A DNA stretch of 64,000 bases from an uncultured Candidatus Saccharibacteria bacterium (GTDB lineage Bacteria > Patescibacteriota > Minisyncoccia > Phycocordibacterales > CAIZLB01). A program made the translations under genes and the position numbers. The DNA lies in assembly GCA_964450605.1 (NCBI GenBank), contig CAYVEK010000002.1, positions 87,681-151,680 of the forward strand, given 5' to 3'. Below the pieces are notes generated by a model. It worked only from the letters and a program-made list of their open reading frames with translations. It was not told where the DNA came from and made no database searches. Shown in pieces: positions 57,668 to 64,000 of the stretch. How positions within the stretch are numbered: the first letter of the stretch is position 1; the number at the start of each line of letters is the position of its first letter.

Positions 57668-60538
57668 TTAAAACCCTATTCCACCTTTACTTTCAGCTGG
57701 TTTAGGTTCTTCTTTTTTATACTTTTTCATAATCTCGTCTTCCACAATATCTCTATCCTGACCATATGATAGATATGATAACTCTTTAAGGTTTTCCACT
57801 ATGGCCATATTTCCCTTTTCATGAGGCATCATCTGTATATTAAATGGCTTTGTAGGTTTTCCATAAGCCAACATCTTAATGTAAGCATTGAGGTTATCTA
57901 TATTCATAATATCACTAGCTTTGAATATAGGTTCGAACTGTTTTTCCAAAAACTCTGCATCAGACGCACCAACTCGAAACACAACCATATTTCCAACGTT
58001 TCCAAATACAGAGCTTTTTATCTTATCATCGAGCTGATCGATAAACTGATGAGCAATACTTAGAGACAGCTTATATTTTCGAGCCTCAGAGAGAATAGTT
58101 GAAATAGACGGAGTTGTTACGTTCTGGAACTCATCTATATATAGATAAAACGGAGGCATATCTTTACCAAAAGAGTCTACTCGAGACAAAGCCGCCATAA
58201 GTATCTTACCTACAATGATAAGTCCGATAAGACTTGAGTTAATCTCTCCCAATCGTCCCTTTGCCAAGTTTACAAGCAATATCTTTTTACTATCCATGAT
58301 CTCACGGAAATTAAAACTAGACTGCTCCTGAGCAATGATAGGTCTCATAATATCGTTAGCAAGAAAGACATCGAACTTTGAAGTGATATAAGGGACCATG
58401 TTTGCGAGTCCAGACTCTCCACTTGTTTTCTCAGCAATCTCAACCCAGAATTGTTTTACTATAGGATTTTTACATCGAGAAACTTTCATGTCACGAAAAC
58501 TTTTGACTGCCATAACTCGTGACACATCAAGCAATGTACATCCTGTTGAAGGGTCTTCTATAACCAGCATAGTTGCGTTTCGGAAATATTGCTCAAACAT
58601 AGGACCCATGGACTCTGGAACACCGCCGTACAGTTTTTGGAAAATACTAAAGAGCTCGTTTACCACAAATGTTTTTTGCTCAGGATATGCAGGATCATAC
58701 TCGAGCATGTTAAGCGCCATCGGACGTTCTGTATAACTTGGATCAAAATAAATCACATCGTTGTACCGCTCGGGCGGAATCTTTGACAAGATATCTTGCA
58801 CATCATTTCCATGAGGATCTATAAAACAAACACCATCACCATTTTTGATATCTTGTACGATCAGATTTTTTAAGATACTAGATTTTCCCACACCTGTTTG
58901 TCCAATCACATACATGTGACGCAAACGATCTTCTGGTGCCATGTATATCATCTGTTCGACATTTCGATGAATATTTTTACCAAGCAAAACTCCTTCTCGA
59001 GGAAGATCTAATGGTGCCGGAGCAGTTCCGGCTTTAGATTGTTTAAGTTGAGGAGCGTTACTACCACTTGAGGCAACCGGAAAGTGCATAACTGTCGAAA
59101 GTTCTCGTAGAGACATCGGTAGTATTGTTTGATCGTCAAATGATCGAAATACAAAATCTTCGACCAGCTGATCAAGCTTGCCTTTTTCTTGTCTTTTCCA
59201 AACAAAACTATTTCCGAGTGTGTTTGTGAACTGATTGAATCCTGATTCAAGATCAGAAAGTATAGCTTCAGCACGAGAGCGATTATTTGCCGATGCGAGG
59301 ATACGAATGTTTGTCTCAACAATAGGACTACTAATCTTTTGCGTTATCTGTTCTATTGCAACCTGATCGATGGCGATATCTTTTTTATCAGAATCTTTTT
59401 TAGAACCTGCCATATCTTTTCCAAGCTCAGCCGCTGCTTTTTTGAACTGACCCCAGATAGTATGTTGTATATCAATCGCCTCTTTAACTTTGTCTCCTTT
59501 ACGAATCTTATCAAGAGACTCTTTATAGAGCTTTGTATAATAATTTCCAACCTGATTAAATGTAATCTGAATAGACGCACCTTCACCTTCTCTATTTATC
59601 TTAGACAATGTGTTCAAGATGACGTTTATAGGATCATGATCAAATTGATCATATGTTTTTATTGGATAGACATCATTGTTTCCATAACTTGCAACAGAGC
59701 CAACAACTATACCTTCTGCATTGAAGATATTGTAATCATCGTGCTGTATTAAAAGGTTTGCTCCTGGAAAAACAGATGTAACATGTTTTTCAAATAAATC
59801 CGTCTTATCATTTGGAACAGACGCATAGAAGATAAACTGTTCACTTCCGTCAGCAACAGCAACTTCGATGGTCATATGATTTCGACTATCACCATGTTTT
59901 TTACCCGCCTCACTGATAGACATCATTCCGGCATAAAACTGCTCCATCGCAGACAACATCTCTTTGAGCGGACGAGCTCTATCTTGTTTGCCTTCTTTGT
60001 CATAATCAGGCAAAGCAACTTCATACAACGTGTGGCTCAAAGTTTTCTGTAAAGGTTCACCTTCTTTTAGACCAACCGGTTGCATTCCTGCTTTTATATA
60101 CTCAGCCAAAAATCTATGAAAATCATCCTCAAGATGAGGGTTACCTGTTTTTTTAACTATAGCCAAGGCATTATAAATACCTTTTTCAAGCATGATAGTG
60201 AAAAACTGTTCCATGTCTTTATCGTGGGTCTCGGGTGATAGCTTGAGAACAATCTCAGTTGCAGCTTTCTCAACTTGAGCAGGAGTCGCTTTGTATACCT
60301 CATGTAATAAATCACGTCCTGATTGTTTGTGGTAATCTTGAATCTCCTCTTTGATAATCTCATCAAGTTCTTGTTTTGCACCAACAGACTCTTGGTGTTT
60401 TACACGCTCACGTAAATACGCCAACTCTTCTTCGATAGACGCAAAAGGGTTTTGCTCTGCAGATGATGCAGAGTTTTCTTTTTTCAAAGATTCATTTTGT
60501 TTCTTTTGCTCTTGTTCTCCAGAGGTTTGCATATACAT
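57668..60538 (-). CDS. VirD4/TraD-like (HerA/FtsK superfamily) ATPase
   Basis: RHMYVIGQTGVGKS, FIDPHG, YIDEFQN, SEARKY. Confidence 0.85.
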   Translation of the reverse strand: MYMQTSGEQEQKKQNESLKKENSASSAEQNPFASIEEELAYLRERVKHQESVGAKQELDEIIKEEIQDYHKQSGRDLLHEVYKATPAQVEKAATEIVLKLSPETHDKDMEQFFTIMLEKGIYNALAIVKKTGNPHLEDDFHRFLAEYIKAGMQPVGLKEGEPLQKTLSHTLYEVALPDYDKEGKQDRARPLKEMLSAMEQFYAGMMSISEAGKKHGDSRNHMTIEVAVADGSEQFIFYASVPNDKTDLFEKHVTSVFPGANLLIQHDDYNIFNAEGIVVGSVASYGNNDVYPIKTYDQFDHDPINVILNTLSKINREGEGASIQITFNQVGNYYTKLYKESLDKIRKGDKVKEAIDIQHTIWGQFKKAAAELGKDMAGSKKDSDKKDIAIDQVAIEQITQKISSPIVETNIRILASANNRSRAEAILSDLESGFNQFTNTLGNSFVWKRQEKGKLDQLVEDFVFRSFDDQTILPMSLRELSTVMHFPVASSGSNAPQLKQSKAGTAPAPLDLPREGVLLGKNIHRNVEQMIYMAPEDRLRHMYVIGQTGVGKSSILKNLIVQDIKNGDGVCFIDPHGNDVQDILSKIPPERYNDVIYFDPSYTERPMALNMLEYDPAYPEQKTFVVNELFSIFQKLYGGVPESMGPMFEQYFRNATMLVIEDPSTGCTLLDVSRVMAVKSFRDMKVSRCKNPIVKQFWVEIAEKTSGESGLANMVPYITSKFDVFLANDIMRPIIAQEQSSFNFREIMDSKKILLVNLAKGRLGEINSSLIGLIIVGKILMAALSRVDSFGKDMPPFYLYIDEFQNVTTPSISTILSEARKYKLSLSIAHQFIDQLDDKIKSSVFGNVGNMVVFRVGASDAEFLEKQFEPIFKASDIMNIDNLNAYIKMLAYGKPTKPFNIQMMPHEKGNMAIVENLKELSYLSYGQDRDIVEDEIMKKYKKEEPKPAESKGGIGF

Positions 60539-60564
60539 ATATTATATAGGCAAACACCTTTCTA

Positions 60565-61050
60565 TCAAAGAGCTTTTCTCCAAATTGTTTTTGTAGTCTC
60601 TATTTCTTTTTTAGAACTCTCTTCACAAGGCAAGGCTTCTATCATATCGACGATGGAGCATATATCTTGTATTTCTTCTTTAGACAACTCTTCGTTACGT
60701 GGAGCTTCATCATTTGTTCTTTCAACCCACCGCCAGAGCGTATAAGAAATATCTTCATATGAAGAAGCTGAACTTACAACCTGTGCCAGCGCACTAAGTG
60801 CTCCTTTAGAAAAATATCGCCAAACTTTTGGATGAAGATCTTGAAAATTATTTTCATCTATACCCACCTCACCTAAAGCATCTGGATTTGTAACAAGTAA
60901 ATCTTTGAAATCTTTCCATGAATGCTCTCTATACCATTTGAACTCACCCCACTTTTCATGTTCCTCACAGCATCCGATGATATCTATATCTGCAAAAGGT
61001 GGTGTGTCTTTCTCAGGCCAGGATTCTATATGTGAGATGAGATTATTCAT
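60565..61050 (-). CDS. Acidic hypothetical protein
   Basis: 161-aa ORF with no recognised motif. Confidence 0.55.
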   Translation of the reverse strand: MNNLISHIESWPEKDTPPFADIDIIGCCEEHEKWGEFKWYREHSWKDFKDLLVTNPDALGEVGIDENNFQDLHPKVWRYFSKGALSALAQVVSSASSYEDISYTLWRWVERTNDEAPRNEELSKEEIQDICSIVDMIEALPCEESSKKEIETTKTIWRKAL

Positions 61051-61102
61051 ATGTATATATTAGCAGATATTTCACAGTGGACCAAAATGGATTATTTGAC
61101 AG

Positions 61103-61130
61103 TTGCACATACCCCCCATAGGTATATAAT
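61103..61130 (+). promoter_or_regulatory. Promoter with CsoR-type operator
   Basis: ATACCCCCCATAGGTAT (C-tract flanked by ATACC/GGTAT) just upstream of TATAAT. Confidence 0.7.
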
Positions 61131-61136
61131 ATATAC

Positions 61137-61409
61137 ATGCACGGGATACACAAAGATCATAAAAAAATAACAACTCGCTTAAAACGAATCCTTGGACAAC
61201 TACAAGGTGTTCAGAAAATGATAGAACAAGATGTCTACTGCATAGATATAATCACTCAAACAAGCGCCATCAAGAACGCCATCTCTGCTCTTGAGGATGA
61301 GATGCTTGAAAGCCACTTATCTCACTGCCTCACCGCACCTGAAAATAAAAATAGGCTCCAAAAGATGCAAAGTGAAATATTAAAAGTATATAAACTAAAA
61401 AGAAAATAA
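61137..61409 (+). CDS. csoR: CsoR/RcnR family metal-sensing repressor
   Basis: RLKRILGQL.G..KM, Cys35, H60xxxC64. Confidence 0.85.
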   Translation: MHGIHKDHKKITTRLKRILGQLQGVQKMIEQDVYCIDIITQTSAIKNAISALEDEMLESHLSHCLTAPENKNRLQKMQSEILKVYKLKRK

Positions 61410-61410
61410 T

Positions 61411-61929
61411 ATGATCTCCGTTGAACATAAAAAATATATTACATACCTTCTCAAATATCTGGGAGTGGCTCTTATTGCCGGATCTGTTGTACATGTTGGA
61501 ACCCTACACAATGGAACAACTCGTTATATCGTGCTTGGAATTATTGGATTAGTTTTAATGATTTCGGGTAATATTTTAGAATCGAAACAAACTGGTGAGA
61601 AAATAGACTTCAAATATTTTGTACTTATAACTACCCTATCTCTAGCAACAGGATTCTTTTCTGGAGGAATACAACACTATTTAGATAACCCTCGGTATGC
61701 AGGATATCTACTGGCCACAGGTCTACTGTGTTCATATATCATTTTCTTTTTAAAAGACAAAACCAAACTACACACAAAAAACATACTCGTAGTTGCATTG
61801 ATTGCACTCGGTATAGTTGTTATATCTTTGAATTTGCCCTACAGCACAATCTCAGACCATCATTCACCTGTACAGCAGGAAAACTCACCGCACACAGACC
61901 CCCCTGGAACACCAGCACATACCCATTAA
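61411..61929 (+). CDS. Multi-pass membrane protein with His-rich tail
   Basis: Intramembrane SVVH and GIQH motifs; C-terminal HH..H..HTH. Confidence 0.6.
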   Translation: MISVEHKKYITYLLKYLGVALIAGSVVHVGTLHNGTTRYIVLGIIGLVLMISGNILESKQTGEKIDFKYFVLITTLSLATGFFSGGIQHYLDNPRYAGYLLATGLLCSYIIFFLKDKTKLHTKNILVVALIALGIVVISLNLPYSTISDHHSPVQQENSPHTDPPGTPAHTH

Positions 61930-61951
61930 AAAAATAATTTAAATAAAAACT

Positions 61952-62353
61952 ATGAACTATAAACTTACAACAATAATATTGGCAGGAATACTCATCTTAT
62001 GTATCGGTTGGCAAATCGGATCAGCTGGACGACATGCTGAATACCGAGATCACAAGAAAATGATGATGGAAATGATGGGAGGTGAAGGAATGTCTATGAT
62101 GTCAAAAAAACATGACATGAAAAATATGATGGATGGAATGACACAAAACCTGCAAGGAAAAACAGGAGATGCTTTGGATAAAGCTTTTTTAACAGACATG
62201 ATTGTGCATCACCAAGGTGCTGTTGATATGGCAAAAGAATTACAGAAAGGAACAAAACGACCTGAACTACAAAAGATGGCAAATGATATAATACAGGTTC
62301 AAACAAAAGAGATAGACATGATGCAGAAGTGGTTGAGTGAATGGTTTAAATAA
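61952..62353 (+). CDS. DUF305 (CopM-like) Met-rich metal-binding protein
   Basis: FLTDMIVHHQGAVDMA, Q.KEI..M..W. Confidence 0.85.
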   Translation: MNYKLTTIILAGILILCIGWQIGSAGRHAEYRDHKKMMMEMMGGEGMSMMSKKHDMKNMMDGMTQNLQGKTGDALDKAFLTDMIVHHQGAVDMAKELQKGTKRPELQKMANDIIQVQTKEIDMMQKWLSEWFK

Positions 62354-62400
62354 TCAGAAGACTCAACAAAAAAACACGGCGTGCCGTGTTTTTTTTGTTT

Positions 62401-62928
62401 TTATTTACCCTTCTCCATCAAATAGCCGTCATATCTAAACATAAGCGTTGAATTATTTTTCTGATACTCAGGCCATACACGAATCTCATTTTTACCAACA
62501 AATTCTTGTCCCCAGCTTTTATACTGATTGATTAGTACAGGTGTATCAGGTATAGACTTAAAATCTTTATCAAATTTTAAAGACAAATGCGGTTTTCCAT
62601 CTTTTGTCTCTACGCTCCACTTACCAGAACCTTCGGTTTTTGTAGGATCTGGAAACTCATATCCTTCTGGATAATCTCCAGCTTCACTATATGAATAAAT
62701 CTCTTTCATAGAAAAATTTCCTGTTGACTCAAGTGTGAGTGTCACACTCCCTGAATCACTTGCTCCTGATTGCCAAGTTCCAACCATAGTATCTCGAGTC
62801 ATTTTTACCTGAGGTGTAGAAGTTGCAGTGTTTTGAACAGGAACAATCACTGCCTCATTTTTATTTTTAAACCAGATGTATGATCCGATTGCGAGGAGGA
62901 TGATTATTAATAGTATTATTTTTTTCAT
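62401..62928 (-). CDS. Membrane-anchored hypothetical protein
   Basis: N-terminal TM; VGTW and GKW motifs suggest a lipocalin-like barrel. Confidence 0.55.
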   Translation of the reverse strand: MKKIILLIIILLAIGSYIWFKNKNEAVIVPVQNTATSTPQVKMTRDTMVGTWQSGASDSGSVTLTLESTGNFSMKEIYSYSEAGDYPEGYEFPDPTKTEGSGKWSVETKDGKPHLSLKFDKDFKSIPDTPVLINQYKSWGQEFVGKNEIRVWPEYQKNNSTLMFRYDGYLMEKGK

Positions 62929-62935
62929 GTGTATA

Positions 62936-63388
62936 TTATTTTAATGTAAAACTAAAAATTTCACTAATTTTTTCCACAGTATCAGTAAACTGATTATCAA
63001 AAAGCAGATATTTATCCAAATCTGAAAATGAAACCCATTTATATGCCCTTACCTCTTCTGGTTGAAGTTGTATATTCTGATCACTACCTACAAATCTAAA
63101 ACCAAAAAAGTGTCGTTCTGATCCTATGTACTCAACACCATCTTTCATCTTAGGTGTTTTAAATGTTGTAAAAAGAGGGTTTTTACTTTCACCTATGAGT
63201 TTGAGCAAGTCTCTATCTATACCCAACTCTTCTTTAATTTCTCTATATACTGCCTCTTGTAAAGATTCACCGTCTTCAACACCTCCTCCAGGTATGGCAA
63301 AATACTTTTCTTCAAATGAGTTTAGATTCACGAGAAGGAATTCTTGGCGGCTATTAACTATGAGTGCGGAGACACCTTTTCTGTACAT
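62936..63388 (-). CDS. NUDIX hydrolase
   Basis: PGGGVEDGESLQEAVYREIKEELG Nudix box. Confidence 0.9.
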   Translation of the reverse strand: MYRKGVSALIVNSRQEFLLVNLNSFEEKYFAIPGGGVEDGESLQEAVYREIKEELGIDRDLLKLIGESKNPLFTTFKTPKMKDGVEYIGSERHFFGFRFVGSDQNIQLQPEEVRAYKWVSFSDLDKYLLFDNQFTDTVEKISEIFSFTLK

Positions 63389-63392
63389 ATAA

Positions 63393-63710
63393 TTATTTAA
63401 TACTAATTGGCTTATAAATCTCGAACTTCTTCATACCATAACCATCCAAAATAATTTCTCTTAGTTCTGGAAACAACCGCTCTAACCTAAAATACATATG
63501 TGATAGCTCCACCCTTTTGGGTACAGAATCGTCAAGAGTATTTAGATTAAACCCTACATTCATAGAATATTGTATGTTCTGATCAAACTTCTGAATGTTA
63601 ATCAAGATACATGCTTCAGAGCCTTTAAAACCCAAATCCTTACCTGAGACATCAAAACCTTTTGAGGAAAAAATATTTTCTATTGTTGATTTAAATTCGT
63701 TAGTTTTCAT
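63393..63710 (-). CDS. Hypothetical protein (DUF4304-like)
   Basis: KGF..LINIQK..YSMNVG pattern. Confidence 0.45.
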   Translation of the reverse strand: MKTNEFKSTIENIFSSKGFDVSGKDLGFKGSEACILINIQKFDQNIQYSMNVGFNLNTLDDSVPKRVELSHMYFRLERLFPELREIILDGYGMKKFEIYKPISIK

Positions 63711-63727
63711 AGTAATAGTTTATTATC

Positions 63728-63997
63728 TTAATGGTTCTTATGGGGAGCAATACTTCTAATTTCAATACCTTTGACCCCTCCTATAAAATCACACGACATG
63801 GCTGCCTTAACAATATAGTATGCTCCATTATTTTCCTTGGGTATAGCTCTAAAATAAATTTCATCTCCTTGATCATCAAACTGTTGAATGTTTACAAATT
63901 CAGGATGCGATTTTAATATCATTTTTCCAGCGACTTCCATACATGATCTATAGTTCCATATATAATATCGGAAACCTACCGCAATAAGTAGAATCAC
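63728..63997 (-). CDS. Hypothetical protein, probably truncated at window edge
   Basis: ORF reaches the window end. Confidence 0.4.
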   Translation of the reverse strand: MILLIAVGFRYYIWNYRSCMEVAGKMILKSHPEFVNIQQFDDQGDEIYFRAIPKENNGAYYIVKAAMSCDFIGGVKGIEIRSIAPHKNH

Positions 63998-64000
63998 TAG

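Noticed and set aside
1-64000. Alternative genetic code (UGA=Gly as in Gracilibacteria)
   Set aside because: Conserved genes are full length under code 11 and some end at TGA (pilM, transketolase)

Overview
AT-rich bacterial chromosome segment whose gene content points to a Patescibacteria/CPR (Parcubacteria-like) genome using genetic code 11; this taxonomic call is inference. It carries a type IV pilus cluster (pilB/pilO/pilN/pilM-like), sugar-phosphate enzymes (split transketolase, rpe, rpiB, class I aldolase), ftsEX, ftsA/ftsZ, a shortened prfB, leuS, rpsU, ybeY, trxB, trmD, rplJ/rplL/rplS, a VirD4-like ATPase, a CsoR-DUF305 metal unit, many surface proteins and four tRNAs (Gln-CTG, Thr-CGT, Val-GAC, Glu-TTC). 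The most unusual structure is a tRNA-Gln-anchored array of integrase-less gene cassettes (about 23.1-28.1 kb). It is punctuated by three 27-bp att-like repeats that keep a peptide-like frame (LDxLxEVRTxL), and one repeat shares a perfect 23-bp direct repeat with the tRNA 3' end and trailer. Other notable items: a tRNA-Val 3'-end duplication with a structured insert; a promoter-driven four-way-junction antisense RNA overlapping a small putative nuclease gene; a small RNA complementary to the loop of a hairpin that covers the trmD start codon; several stand-alone GC-richer transcription units (including a TorF-like porin); and an unannotated 37-aa pilin-like microprotein.
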